DNA from: Mustelus asterias
Lineage: Eukaryota
Reading direction: 5' to 3'
Length of the DNA: 64,000 bases
NCBI RefSeq assembly: GCF_964213995.1
Contig: NC_135811.1
Span: 51,274,001 to 51,338,000 of the forward strand
Shown: piece after piece, positions 13,367-26,381 of the stretch
Numbering within the stretch: the stretch's first letter is position 1
Layout of the letters: the number at the start of each line of letters is the position of its first letter
Translations under genes and position numbers: made by a program
The notes under the pieces: generated by a model
What the model saw: only the letters and a program-made list of their open reading frames with translations
Databases searched by the model: none
What the model was told of the DNA's origin: nothing

Positions 13367-14012
13367 CTGGTTGCCACATTATCGGAAGGATGTGATTGCA
13401 CTGGAGAGGGTGCAGAGGAGATTCACCGGGATGCTGCCTGGGATGGAATATTTAAGTTATGAAGAGAAGTTGGATAGACTTGACTTGAGCTCTGACGAAG
13501 GGTCATCTAAACTCGAAATGTTGCCTCTATTCTCTCTCCACAGATGCTGTCGGACCTGCTGAGATTTTACAGCATTTTCTGTTTTGTTTCAGATTCCAGC
13601 ATCCACAGTATTTTGCTTTTATCTTGGGTCGACTTGGTTTGTTTTCTGTGCAGCAGGGAAAACTGAGGAGCAACCTGATTGAGGTGTACAAGATTATGAG
13701 GAGCATGAACAGGGTGGATAGGGAACAGCTGTTCCTCTAAGCTGAAGGGTCAGTCAGAAGAGGATACAAGTTCAAGGTGAGGGCCAGAAGGTTTAGGGAG
13801 GATGTGAGGAAAAACCTTTTTATCAGAGGATGGTGGTTGTTTGGAGAGGCGGGTTGCCTCACATCCTTTAAAAAGTATCTTGGCATGTCATAACATTCAG
13901 GGCTATGGGCCAAGTGCTGGTAAATGGGATTAGATGGATAGGTTAGGTGTTTATCACATGTCAGTGCAGACTGAATGGGCTGAAGGGCCTCTTCAGCACT
14001 GTATGGTTCTGT
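13367..14012 (+). mobile_element. CR1 3' fragment
   Basis: WLPHYRKDVIALERVQRRFTGMLPG; tail at about 13975-14012. Confidence 0.85.
13487..13623 (+). mobile_element. Solo pLTR of a second Penelope family with hammerhead motif, inserted in a CR1
   Basis: GAGCT-CTGACGA-A-GGGT(CATCTAA)ACTC-GAAA-TG-TT-GCCTC followed by cagatgctg...gacctgctgagatttt.cagcattttct; interrupts CR1 sequence that resumes at about 13630. Confidence 0.8.
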
Positions 14013-14020
14013 GATGAAAA

Positions 14021-14629
14021 CAGTAAGAAGTCTAACAACGCCAGGTTAAAGTCCAACAGGTTTATTTGGTAGCAAACGCCACTAGCTTTCGGAGTGCTGC
14101 TCCTTCGTCAGGTGGAGTGAGAGATCTGCTCACAAACAGGGCATACAGAGACACAAACTCAATTTACAGAATAATGATTCTGTTCTGAATGCGAGTCTTT
14201 ACAGCCAATCAAGTCTTAAAGGTACAGACAATGTGAGTGGAGAGAGCATTAAGCACAGGTTAAAGAGATGTGTGTTGTCTCCAGACAGGACAGCTAGTGA
14301 GATTTTGCAAGTCCAGGCAAATTGTGGGGGTTACAGATAGTGTGACATGAACCCAAGATCCCGGTTGAGGCCGTCCTCATGTGTGCGGAACCTGGCTATC
14401 AGTTTCTGCTCAGCGACTCTGCGTTGTCATGTGTCGTGAAGGCTGCCTTGGAGAACGCTTACCCGAAGATCAGAGGCCGAATGCCCATGACCGCTGAAGT
14501 GCTCCCTAACAGGAAGCACGCTCCGAAAGTTAGTGGTGTTTGCTACCAAATAAACCTATTGGACTTTAACCTGGTGTTGTCAGACTTCTTACTGTGTTTA
14601 CCCCAGTCCAATGCCGGCATCTCCACATC
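14021..14629 (-). mobile_element. Truncated Penelope copy (end of GIY-YIG region + pLTR) with inverted pLTR at the other end
   Basis: 14021-14515 resembles 15014-15500. 14521-14594 is the reverse complement of 14021-14094 and continues with a ~35-nt tail (tgtttaccccagtccaatgccggcatctccacatc). Confidence 0.9.
14079..14115 (-). ncRNA. Minimal hammerhead ribozyme (PLE)
   Basis: Minus strand reads CCAC-CUGACGA-A-GGAG(CAGCA)CUCC-GAAA-GC-UA-GUGG, with intact core and stems I and II. Confidence 0.8.
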
Positions 14630-15013
14630 TGTGATGAAACACATGGACCAGACTTTTCAGGGTCAATGACGATGGGTGGAATAAACACCTTGGCCAGGAT
14701 TCTCCCAAAAAATTCTAAGTTCCCAGTTTGTGTGAAAATGGGAGTAACTGCTGCTGGTTTTTTTAGCGGGATTTTCAGATTGAACCACCCACACTCTGTG
14801 CATCACAGACTGCCCTAAAGAGATTCCCTCTGAAAATCAGTGGGCAGGGCCTATTCCCACTCAATCCTCTGGTCCAAAAGAAGAAACATGAGAAACTATG
14901 GACCAGATTTCCTGTTTTGGATTGGGGCTCCCATGTTGAGGTCAAACATGAGTCGCCACGCCACACTATGTTGGTCATCCCACATTGATTTGGCCCTGGT
15001 TGGCCAATTAATG

Positions 15014-17225
15014 TAAGAAGTTTAACAACACCAGGTAAAGTCCAACAGGTTTATTTGGTAGCAAAAGCCACACAAGCTTTCGGAGCTCCAAGCCCCTTCT
15101 TCAGGTGAGTGGGAATTCTGTTCACAAACAGGGCATATAAAGACACAGACTCGATTTACATGAATAATGGTTGGAATGCGAATACTTACAACTAATCAAG
15201 TCTTTTAGATACAAATAACGTGAGTGGAGAGAGCATCAAGACAGGCTAAAAAGATGTGTATTGTCTCCAGACATGACAGCCAGTGAAACTCTGCAGATCC
15301 AGACAAGCTGTGGGGGTTACAAATAGTGTGACATGAACCCAATATCCCGGTTGAGGCCATCCTCGTGTGTGCGGAACTTGGCTATTAGTTTCTGCTCAGC
15401 GACTCTGCGCTGTCGTGTGTCGTGAAGGCCGCCTTGGAGAACGCTTACCCGAATATCAGACGCCGAATGCCCGTGACCGCTGAAGTGCTCCCCAACAGGA
15501 AGAGAACAGTCTTGCCTGGTGATTGTCGAGCGGTGTTCATTCATCCGTTGTCGCAGCGTCTGCATAGTTTCCCCAATGTAACATGCCTCGGGACATCCTT
15601 TCCTGCAGCGTATCAGGTAGACAACATTGGCCGAGTTGCAAGAGTATGTACCGTGTACCTGGTGGATGGTGTTCTCACGTGAGACGATGGCATCTGTGTC
15701 AATGATCCAGCACGTCTTGCAGAGGTTGCTGTGGCAGGGTTATGTGGTGTCATGGTCACTGTTCTCCTGAAGGCTGGGTAGTTTGCTGCGGACAATGGTC
15801 TGTTTGAGGTTGTGCGGTTGTTTGAAGGCAAGAAGTGGGGGTGTGGGGATGGCCTTGGTGAGATGTTCGTCTTCATCAATGACATGTTGAAGGCTCCAGA
15901 GGAGATGCCGTAGCTTCTCCGCTCCGGGGAAGCACTGGATGACGAAGGGTACTCTGTCCACTGTGTCCCGTGTTTGTCTTCTGAGGAGGTCGGTGCGGTT
16001 TTTCACTGTGGCGCGTTGGAACTGTTGATCAATGAATCGAGCGCTATATCCTGTTCTTATGAGGGCATCTTTCAGCGTCTGGAGGTGTCTGTTGCGATCC
16101 TCCTCATCCGAGCAGATCCTGTGTATACGGAGGGCTTGTCCGTAGGGGATGGCTTCTTTAATGTGTTTAGGGTGGAAGCTGGAGAAGTGGAGCATCGTGA
16201 GGTTATCCGTGGGCTTGCGGTACAGTGAGGTGCTGAGGTGACCGTCCTTAATGGAGATGCGTGTGTCCAAGAATGCAACCGATTCCGGAGAGCAGTCCAT
16301 GGTGCGTCTGATGGTGGGATGGAACTTGTTGATGTCATCATAGAGTTGTTTCAGTGATTGTTCTCCATGAGCCCAAAGGAAGAAAATGTCATCGATGTAT
16401 CTAGTGTATAGCATCGGTTGAAGGTCCTGTGCGGTGAAGAAGTCTTGTTCGAACCTGTGCATGAAGATGTTGGCATATTGAGGTGCGAATTTGGTCCCCA
16501 TGGCTGTTCCGTGTGTCTGGATGAAGAACTGGTTGTTGAAGGTGAAGATATTGTGGTCCAGGATGAAGCGGATGAGATGTAAAATTGCATCAGGAAACTG
16601 GCAGTTGTTGGCGCTGAGCACTGAGGCCGTTGCAGCAATGCCATCATCATGGGGGATGCTGGTGTAGAGTGCCGAGACATCCATTGTGACGAGGAGTGCT
16701 CCTGGTTCAACTGTTCCATGTGTGCCGAGTTTCTGTAGGAAGTCCGTCGTGTCGCGACAAAAGCTGGGGGTTCTTTGTACAATGGGTTTCAGGATGCCCT
16801 CGACATAGCTGGAGAGGTTCTCGCACAGGGCCCCATTGCCCAATACGATGGAACGGCCGGGTGTGCTTGCCTTGTGTATCTTCAGGAGACAGTAGAGATC
16901 TCCAACGCGGGGAGTACGTGGGATGAGAGCACGGAGGGTGCTCTGAAGGTCCGGATCAAAGGTCTTGATCAGAGTGTTGAGTTGACGAGTGTGTTCTTTG
17001 GTCGGATCTGTGGGTAACTGTCTGTAGTGTTCCTCGTTGTTTAGTTGTCGGTACACTTCTTTGCAGTAATCCGTTCTGTTCAATATGACGATGGCCCCTC
17101 CTTTGTCTGCTGGTTTGATGACACTGTTGCGGTTGGTCTTGAGAGCGTGGATGGCGTTGCATTGTGCTTGGATGATGTTCGGGGCTGTCTTGTGAGTGTG
17201 GCTGATGAATTTGGTGTTGACGCAC
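15014..17225 (-). mobile_element. Penelope-like retroelement, 5'-truncated: RT + GIY-YIG ORF with one in-frame stop, plus 3' pseudo-LTR
   Basis: ORF 15740..17260 has PLE RT motifs (KPADKGGAIV, MDVSALYTSIP, GTAMG, RYIDD). A TAA at about 15740 is followed in frame by VVYLIRC...YIGET...RMNEH (GIY-YIG), ending at 15317. Flanked by a 10-bp TSD CCAATTAATG (15004-15013 and 17226-17235). Confidence 0.95.
15068..15112 (-). ncRNA. Minimal type I hammerhead ribozyme in the Penelope pseudo-LTR
   Basis: Minus strand reads CAC-CUGAAGA-A-GGGGCU(UGG)AGCUCC-GAAA-GC-UU-GUG: conserved core, 6-bp stem II, palindromic AAGCUU in place of stem III, stem I CAC/GUG. Confidence 0.8.
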
Positions 17226-18309
17226 CCAATTAATGGCCAGAGGGTGTGCTCACTGTCCAATTAAGGCAGTTGAAGAGCCAATTGGAGGTCTTGTAGCAGT
17301 GAAGGGGTTGCAGCCTGCCATGGCGGGTAAGGGAGAGAGAGGTGGCGCCATCTTGAGGCACCCTCTCAGCATTTTGAAAATATACAAAATAAAAATGGCC
17401 ACAGCTGTCAGACCAGCACTGAGGAGAGGTCCTCTGCAATTACCTGGGACACTGGTCTCCCGGTCTGCTGCTGCCGCCCCCCCCTCCCCCCCGCACCCCG
17501 CACCACCATCAACCTCTGAAAGTTTTCGCTGGAGAAGCAAATGTTGTACAAAGGTCTGTGTAGATCATACTTTCTTTCCTGCTCACTTTCCAGCTCCCAC
17601 TAATGTCCAGCTCCCACTAATGACATGTAATGTGCTGCACTCAGCACACCGGCCTTCAGTTTGCGATGAGATGCCCTGTTTCGCTGCTCAGTAATTGCTC
17701 TCTCAAAAATTACAAGAGATCAAAGTTTCACGAAAATGCGAATCAAGTCAGCCTTTTCATTATTGTTCTCATCCATTGAGGCACCTGTCTTCCCTCACGC
17801 TATTACCTGCCAGTTATATTCCCAGTCCCAGGATAGTTGAGTAGATTAGACTTGTCTTTTCAGTGAAAGGTGCAGTATTGGTTCACTGGAAAAGGAAAAC
17901 ATTTTTTTTTAGTCCTACTGCAAAAAAAGATTTCAACAATTTGAAGATGTGCTTGGTTCTGTTTGACTGGTTGCTATTGGCAGCCTAAAAATAATAGATT
18001 ATAATAAGCATTAGTTGAGAACAGCCAATCTAGAGTTAAGGAAAGCAGCCGTTGCTGACAGTACTTTTAAGTTATTAAGTTTGCAATTACACTTTCAATC
18101 TTGTGATGTACCTTGATATGGAAGCTACCTCACCAGCCAGGTGCCGGTGTGATCTCCAAGTCTACAATGTGAAATTCTCCTCAATTATCCCAAAGGTTTT
18201 TAACACTCGGATGACACAGAGAGTCCGATTGTGATTTCCAACCATTAGAGATTAGCCACCAAGGGGGCGGAGTTCAGCAAATACATTCAAGTGTGCATAT
18301 GTACAGATA

Positions 18310-18437
18310 GGTCGGAATTTTACCGCCATGCCTCACCTCGGATTGGGGATGGGCATGGCTCACAGAACAGAATTCTCCATTGGCCTCAGGCGGGATTTTA
18401 CGAGCCTCGACCGAGCGAGGTTGTAAAATATCGGCAC
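18310..18437. mobile_element. Small Harbinger-type MITE, same family as 1671-1794
   Basis: Shared tctccatt..cctc.gcggga.ttt and cgagcgagg motifs; flanks ATA/TTA. Confidence 0.65.
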
Positions 18438-18562
18438 TTATGTCGATAACCTCCATTTGATCCACAGTGAGCAAGGTAACCAGTCAACTGTCACACACCA
18501 CTGTCCAAAGTTACCAATCTCCATTTGCTGTATAACAGCAGTCTAAGAACTTCAGTTAGTAT

Positions 18563-19591
18563 TGTTATGGTCAGAAAGGGGGGGGTTAATTTAAACAGCA
18601 ATAAGTTCTCCTCTCGCCACCCAGTAAGGTCTTTTGATTTGTTTCCCTCTTTATGAACAGTGACGTATTTCCCAACCCCTCGCTTTTAGTGCCATTCACT
18701 TTTCTATTAGTAATCCACAGCAGACTCGAGATAGGATGAGCTCAAAGGGTTAGTTTATTTGCATGCACTCAGAACACACGGTGGGTTGCAAAGTCACTCA
18801 GTAAAGAGAGGGATAGTGAAAAGAAGGATTTACAGTGCAGAGATCACAGAGAAAATAAATCTGGGTTCACGTGGGGTCCAGAGTCCAGAATCAAAGTCCA
18901 GTGAGGCATTCCTTCTAGGAGGTTGGCGGGCTGAAAACGATGCTGTATCATTCACTTTTCCAGTGGCATTGAAGTCACACGATGAGATAAGCACGCAGAA
19001 ATGATCAGTCTTGAGGGTAATGGTGCAGAATTTCCAGAAGAAGCAGTGTAGATAGGATCAGGACCCCAAAGGTGAACCAGAGCATTTGTCTGTGAAGCTG
19101 CTGGTCAGATGATAAAAAGCAGACCGAGACTTTATAATACAGCAAGGCAATATTACTGGTTCCATAAGCCAGAGGCCCTTGTCACATGGCATCCACTTCC
19201 CCACAATGTCTTTGATAAAGAATGTGCATCCCTCATATGTCGTCCCCAAGATTGTTAAATGTCCCAAACACTAAGAATTGAAAGGAAGGTTGTGGGACCC
19301 TTTGTCTCAGCAGATGAACAACCTCTTGTTGGCTAACCTAGGTTATGAAATACAGATAGCCTTGTATTGATCTTTTTGAATTTGGTCTGTGTAGCCCAGA
19401 GATGGGGTCGGGAGTTGGGGGGGGTGTTATTAGTAACTCTTCAAGGATAACGATGTGTGAGTTTCCTTTTGTTCAGACAGACATAGATTCAACCATTTTA
19501 TCTCTTTGTCCAGTTTGAAATTTTTGGAGATAACAATGATACTACCTTGATATATTTTATTTTTTAAAAATACAGGTCTTAGTTCTTTACA
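18563..19591. mobile_element. Possible solo LTR
   Basis: TGTTA...TTACA termini with 4-bp flanks GTAT/GTGT; no internal coding evidence. Confidence 0.35.
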
Positions 19592-19699
19592 GTGTGCACA
19601 TAGAAATTGAACATGATCAACTAGAAATGATTGTGGACTATATTAGTCAAGAACATTTAATACATAGCAAGGCAATGGACATCCGGTTGGGAGTTGATC

Positions 19700-19912
19700 G
19701 AAGGGTGAATTGTAAAGCATTGGCCAAGGGAACTTTTTGTTCTTGAAATGGTGCCACGGGATCTTTTACACCCACCTGAGCAGCAGCCCAGTCTCGATTC
19801 ATCAGCTCACTTGAAAGATGGCAGGTCTAATAATGCAGCACCTCTTCAATGCTTTACTGAAGTGGCAGCCTGGATTATATGTTTCTGTCTGCAGTAAGGC
19901 CTTGAACTCATG
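19700..19912 (-). mobile_element. Old Deu-domain SINE fragment
   Basis: gtgccacgggatcttttacacccacctgag...ttgaaagatggcag...aatgcagcac is the reverse complement of Deu-SINE-like sequence. Confidence 0.6.
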
Positions 19913-20463
19913 ATCTAATCCTGGAAAATAATAAAAAGAGAAACATTCAGATTTAAAAGTGTGATTTTCATACACCTTATACAGGGAATGAATACGTTAC
20001 ACGCCGCTTTTAGATTATTCTCTGCTGAGGGGCAAATAATTGAGAAGCTTTGAAACATCGGTTGAGAAAGCAATGTAATGTTGAAGCACGGTCATTAAAA
20101 TCTGATACATTCTCCTCTGCTTTATTGAAATTGGATATATATCTGAGAGCGGAGAATTTACACGGCTGTAGAGAAAGGGCTAGGAAATGAGACGGAATTA
20201 CATTGTCCTTTCAAAGATGTGGCACAGGCAGATTACCCTGTGCTGTAAGGTTCTTTGATATTCTATTGTTTGAAATGTTTGTGGTATTGAAGGGACTAGT
20301 GTAATTGCAGTCAGAATGTTTGAATTTATTTATTTTTCAAACAACTGGAAATGCGAGAGCTGCAGCTATAATTTGTTGCAGCTTGGGATGTGCTCAAAGC
20401 CTCCACTTGTGGCTTTGTGAAACACTGCACCACTCCATACCTTTGAATGGGGTAAAGACATCA

Positions 20464-21110
20464 GGGGCGATATTCCGACCTTGCTGCGCCCGCACAGATA
20501 GCGCTACTCCCGGAAAATAGCGTCCGGGCCTACAAATCGGTTCCGCGCCTGGCGCCAAATGGTTTGTAGTCGTTCCCAGTCCCTTTCTAATGGCGCAAAC
20601 CAGATCACACCCAAAAAGAACGTGGGGCCGATTAGCATATTTAAAGCAGCATTTAAATAGGCATAGCCCGTTTGATGCTGGATTCTCCGGGCTGTCGGGA
20701 CCTTCCGACCTTTGGGCCCAGCCCAAACTGGCAAGAATCACTACTGTTCTCCATTAGCAGCGATGGCCATGCCGGGGCGGGGGGGGGGGGGGGGGGCGGG
20801 GGGAAGCTCAGGGACAATTAAAGCCCCCGGGTGGTCAGGGATATGGCAGTGTCTACCTGGCACCCAGCAGTGCCCACCTGGCACCCTGGCAGTGCCAGTT
20901 GGGCCTGAGTTGGGGGCTATGATGGGGGAGCTATTCCGTAGGGATTGTGCGGGGTGGGGGGGAGGAAGGTTGTGCAAGGAGAGTCATGAAGGGGGGGTTG
21001 TGCAGGGGGATTGTGCAGGAGTGGAGCATAATGAGGAATGGGGCATGCCGGGGTACCCATTGGGAAGGCCCCAATCGTCTGATGCCAGCAATTAGTGTCG
21101 GGAAGGGGGT
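20464..21110. mobile_element. GC/CpG-rich probable Harbinger-like non-autonomous element with G-runs
   Basis: Abrupt CpG-rich start GGGGCGATATTCC; G-run at 20779-20803; right end not identified. Confidence 0.45.
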
Positions 21111-21359
21111 GGTGAAACATGCTGTAGATGAGGGGAAAATTGTTTTGCCTTTTAATTCTTGATAAAACTTCAGCCTGTTGTGCTCACATTTGGTTAGACT
21201 CTTCCAGCCTCTTGTACTCCTGACAGGGTACAAGAAAGAGCCTGCCCACCTAAGAAATAAACCCTGCCCAGATTAGATGTGGTACTTGAATGCAATGTTC
21301 ACATCCATCGGCATAAGTACAGATTTGAAAACCTGAGAGAATATATTAATTCATAAATT

Positions 21360-21835
21360 CATAAACAGTTACAGCACAGAGGAGGCCATTCAGCCCATCC
21401 TGCCCATGTTGGTCAGCAAAGATCTGACTACAACAATAGTCTGGCACTTGGCCCATAGTCCTGGATTTGCAGCAGCACAATGAACATCTAAATACTTCTT
21501 AAATGTTACAAGAGTTTCTGACACAACCACCCTTTCAGACAGTGAGTTCCAGACTCCCACCACCCTCTGAGTGAAAAGGTTTCTCTTCAACTCCTCTCTT
21601 ACCCTTTCACCTCTTACCTTAAATCTATGCCCCCTGGTTATTAACCCCTCTACTAATCGAAAAAGTGCCTTTCTATTCACCCTATCTTTGCCCCTCATAA
21701 TTTTATACACCTCTAACAGGTCCCCTCTCAACCTTCACTACTCCAAGGAAAACAGCCCTTGTCTATCCAATCTTTCCTCATCGTTCAAACCTTCCAGCCC
21801 AGTATTCTGATAAATCTCCTCTGCACCCTCTCCAT
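21360..21835 (-). mobile_element. CR1 3' fragment
   Basis: RGDLLEVYKIMRG...TRGHRFKVRG...FTQRVVGVWNSL. Confidence 0.88.
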
Positions 21836-22029
21836 TGGCAGCATGCAAAAGTCAAGGAAATGATAAAATGTGTTTAGTTTTATATTATTGAATCATTTAA
21901 AAAACTAACAGAGGTAACCCAGGTACCAAATACATAATTAGGAATGAGCGTTTTAAACAGTGGAAGATGGGAAAATAGCAGCAAGATCTATATGATGTTC
22001 CCGGCTTGTGTTGTCAGGTCAAAGTCGGG

Positions 22030-22735
22030 TGCGAATTATACAGTAAATGGCAGAACCTTTAGCAGCATTGACATGCAGAGGGATCTGGGTGTGCAGGTTC
22101 ACGGATCCCTGAAAGTGGCAGCACAGGCGGATAAGGTGGTCAAGAAGGCATGCAGCATGCTTGTTTTCATCGGCCAGGGCACCGAGTATAAAAGTTGGCA
22201 AGTTATGTTACAGCTGTATAAAACTTTAGTTAGGCCACAATTTGGAATATTGTGTGCAGTTCTGGTCACCACACTATCAGAAGGACGTGAATGTTTTGGA
22301 GAGGGTGCAAAGAAGGTTTACCAGGATGTTGCCGAGTCTGGAGGGTTTTAGGTATGAGAAGAGGTTGGATAAACTCGGTTTGTTTTCACTGGAAAGATGG
22401 AGGCTGAGGGTGACCTGATAGAAGTCTACAAAATTAAGAGAGGCATAGGTAGGGTGGAGAGTCAGAGGCTTTTATCCTGGGTCGAAGGGTCGACTACAAG
22501 ACAGCACAAGTTTAAGGTGAGAAGTGGTAAGTATAGGGGAGACGTGTGGGGAAAGAGGGTGGTGGGTACCTGGAATGCACTGCCAGTGGAGGTGGTGGAA
22601 GCAGGCATGTTGACAACATTCAAGGTGTATCTTGACAGATGCATGAACAGAAGGCGAACAGAGGGATAGAAACTGTTTTTCTGCACAGGCTTGGTGGGCC
22701 AAAGGGCCTGTTCCTGTGCTGTATTGTTCTTCGTT
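22030..22735 (+). mobile_element. CR1 3' fragment
   Basis: QRDLGVQVHGSLKVA...QLYKTLVRP; GDLIEVYKI; CR1 tail. Confidence 0.88.
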
Positions 22736-22889
22736 TATTGAGTGTCAGCAGTTCTTGTCTCTGGGAATGTTTGTGATTCACAAAGCCTTTGGAGTTCTGC
22801 TTTAGAAAATCTGTACCTGCAGTTCCACTTTGCTCTTGCTGATTAAGAGCCATAAACTCCCAAAGAGGTTAAATTATGTGTGCCTCGAT

Positions 22890-23262
22890 CCTTGAGGAGG
22901 GAGGATTAAGCGGTGATTTGATTGAGGCCTCTAAGATGATTGAAGGAGTTGATAGGGCACTTTGTCTGGTGGGGAAATCCAGAACAAAGGGTCACATGAT
23001 TACAATTAGACCCGGGCTGTTCCAGGATGTTGACGGGAAGCACTTCTTGCCACAAAGGGCAGTGGAAATCCAGCATTCTCTCGCCACAAAACAACTGAGG
23101 CTGGATCAATTGAAAATTATGAAAGGGTGAGCAATTGAAAGTGTGATTTTTGTTATGCAAAGGTGTTTAAGGGAACTGGGACCAAGGCAGGTATATGGAG
23201 TTAAGATATCAGCCTGATCCAATTTAACTCAACCTCGAGGGGCTGAAAGGTCTACTCCTGGA
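22890..23262 (+). mobile_element. Old CR1 3' fragment
   Basis: GDLIEASKMIEGVDR...SRTKGH; degenerate tail. Confidence 0.7.
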
Positions 23263-23311
23263 GCTAAATCAGGGATGAACTAGGTATGTTAATCTGCGTT
23301 ATTATTTATTG

Positions 23312-24498
23312 TGTCAGCTCTGACTCAGTTGGCTGCCCCCTCGCTTCTGTGTTACAAAGTTCCGGTGTTACAACTCTCAGTCCAGCATGTCTGTGTAAAA
23401 ATCGAGATTGACTCTCCAGTGCAGTACTGTCGGTGTGTTGCATTGTTAGAGGTGCTATCTTTTGGATGAGACACTGAATTGAGGCCCCACCTGCCTGTTT
23501 GGATGGATGCGCTATTTCGCAAAAGATTTACACCCTGGTGTCTTGGCCGCTATTTATCAAAATCAAATCATCTCGTCATGATCACATTGCTCCTCGTAGG
23601 AGCTTGCTGTGCACAAGATTGGCTGTCATGTTTTGGACATTGCAGCAATGACTACTTGTGACGATACTGTGCCTTTAAGAAATGTATTTCTATCATGGTT
23701 CTGGTGAAGGTTATGTTTAAGAGCCTGCTCTGTTTAAACAATGCCAATTTGTCTGCTCCTGGCAGCCCACATGCTGAGAATGTAGACGAATAATTGATCC
23801 TAAATATTGGGGTGTTTGTTTTAATCTGAGCTAATGCAGTTTTGTTTATTTTTTGGATTGTTCCATGGGGTTTCAGAGTAGGGATTGAATAGGTTGATTG
23901 ACAGAGGAGGAGCTAAGCTAACAGAGAAAAAGCAGACAGTTTCTGCTTGGGTCTGCAAGGAGCAAAAGGTCACTTTTTCTCTCAGGAGTTCTGCTGTTTG
24001 GGATTGCTAGAACATAGATATCTCTCTCCAGAGGTGTTCTGGAGACTTGAGGACTAGCAGCCCATGTACCAGCATGTAGCACATGTTGTTTGCTAACTGA
24101 TTTTGAAGAGGAGTTTAAATTTATGAGGAATATTGCTTAAATTGGAACTAATAGAGATAGGTTAGCAGTTAGGAATTGTATCTTGTCATGTTTAAGTATT
24201 TCAATTGGTAAAAGTTAAGCTAATTAATTCATTACAGTTAAACTGTATTGTTAAACAAAGTTTATTTTGATAAAAGCTTCCTAGTGGGTCAATAGAATCA
24301 CAACTGGAGTGAAACACCTTACCCTCATACTAATGCCAAAATAAATAGTATAGTTGGGGTCTAGTTGGGCTTCATAACATACCTTGTGGTTTCTGACCTG
24401 GTCCCTAACATTATACTTCAAAAACAAATTAATTGGCTGTAAAGTGCTTTGAAACATATCATCATGAAAAGTGCAATGTAAATGCAAGTCTTTCTTTC
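23312..24498 (+). mobile_element. Old Deu-domain SINE (SacSINE1-like), split by the LTR
   Basis: ctccagtgcagtactg...gaggtgctatcttttggatgagacactgaattgaggcccc resembles the Deu domain; tail ttggctgtaaagtgctttg...aatgcaagtctttctttc at 24430-24498. Confidence 0.75.
23657..24410 (+). mobile_element. Probable solo LTR inserted in a Deu-SINE
   Basis: 754-bp segment bounded by TGTGACG...CCTAACA that splits SINE sequence (…gcaatgactac | …acttcaaaaa). TSD not clean. Confidence 0.6.
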
Positions 24499-24932
24499 AT
24501 AACTCTTGTGTACTTGTTAATTAAAAATGGATGGAAAATCATGGACTGTAAACTTGTGATTCCTTGATCACTACTCATTGGGACTTGCCCTTTGCTGGAA
24601 GTGTTGAGTTTGTGGAATCTCACCTTGGGCTCTGACATTCAGAATGTTATTTTTTTGCCATTGATAACTTTTAACTCTTGATAAGACTTGAGTCTTGTTG
24701 TGCTCATATCCAGCCCTTTGTACCCCTAACCGGATACAAGAGAGAGTCTACCACCTCAGAGGTAATCGTTGCTAAGGTTGTTGCTTGGTATTCCTCTTCA
24801 TGCAACAAAATGTTGAATTTGGCTGTAAACGGTTATCAACATATAGCCTCAAAGCAAAGGATGGTGCTGTGAATCTCAGTGGCAATCCAGAAAATTAACC
24901 AAGGCAGTTTTCACACCACCATAATCACATCG

Positions 24933-25575
24933 AATCATAGACTCCCTATGATGCTAAAGGAAAGCCATTCATCCCATCATCTGTACTGACTCTCCGAAAG
25001 AGCTTCTCACCCTGCCCTTCCCCTCTGCCCTATCACTGTAATCCTGTGCATTTATCCTGGTCAATCCACCTAACCTACACATTTAAAGTTTTAAAGTTTA
25101 TTTATTATTGTCACAAGTAGGCTTACATTAACACTGCAATGAAGTTGCTGTGAAAATCTCCAGTCGCCACACTCTGGCATCTGTTCGGGTGCACTGAGGG
25201 AGAATTTAGTATGGCAAGTACACCTAACCAGCATGTCTTTTGGACTGTGGGAGGAAACCGGAACACCCGGAGGAAACCCACGCAGACACAGGGAGAACGT
25301 GCAGACTCCATGCAGACAGTGACCCAAGCCAGGAATTGGACCTGGACCCCTGGCGTTGTGAGGCAGCAGCACTAACTACTTTGCCACTGTGCTGTTGGAC
25401 ACTAAAGAGACAATTTAGCATGGCCAATCCACCTAACTTGCACATCCTTGGAGTGTGGGAGGGACCCGGGTGGAAACCCACGCAGACATGGGGAGAATGT
25501 GCAAACTCCACACAGACAGTCTCCCAAGGTCAGAATTGTCCGTGGTGCTGTGAGGCCGCAGTGCCATCATGCTGC
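24933..25575 (-). mobile_element. V-SINE with a nested alternative-tail V-SINE (about 25092-25390)
   Basis: CR1-type tail at 24933-25085, alternative-tail copy in the middle, head and core at 25397-25575. Confidence 0.82.
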
Positions 25576-26381
25576 CCAATGGAGAAAGTTTCAAAATGGT
25601 TTTTCGTTGGGTATCAACAATCAAGAGTTGGTATGTGATAAAAATAACTTGTGCAATACAAATTGTAAAATTTTACCTGATTGAAAAATTCCCCGTGTTC
25701 TGAAGGCTGCCTCTTAAAATGACATCAAGAATTAATCTGAGCGCCTCACTTGGAAGAATTCTGCATGGCAGTATAGGTTAGAGTGTTTTTCAAAGATTCA
25801 ATCTATCTAAATGCCAAGATAATGTTCATCAGACAGATTAATTTTAGTTCTCAGTTTGACACCATTGTAATTGATCAATGTGTTATTGCCTTGTCATATA
25901 CTTCAAACAATGCATGCTCCCATATGTATTGCCATTTACTGTTGAAGCATTTTATTGTTTAGCGAAAATGCAACTGCTATCCAGTTGAAAGCCTAATATA
26001 AACCCATCTGGAATATTCATTCATGATACATTAGATAAATTGGAACTATTAAAGTCAAGACAGAACAATAAAAAAGAGCTACAGTTTTGGATTTTAACTT
26101 GCTTTATCAGGTTTATTATAGAAAATCTTTTTTTGTTTCTAGTCATATCCGTTTGATTGTGACAGATGTAATTTTAAAGCTCGCAGCTTTAAATTGATAC
26201 TTAACAGTACATTGGGCAGGTTCCTAGCTATTTAACTTGTAATAAAGATGCAAAATCATTCTTTCTAACAGAGCACAGATATAGATAATTGTAGGTCGCA
26301 ATACAGGTGGAAAAATGCAAATGGATTTTTAAGTTTTATAAAGAGAGGTATTGAATGCGCAACTAAGGAAATGATAGAAAA

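Noticed and set aside
17226-17260. N-terminus of the 506-aa ORF as the Penelope start
   Set aside because: It lies beyond the TSD in host sequence; the element is 5'-truncated at about 17225.
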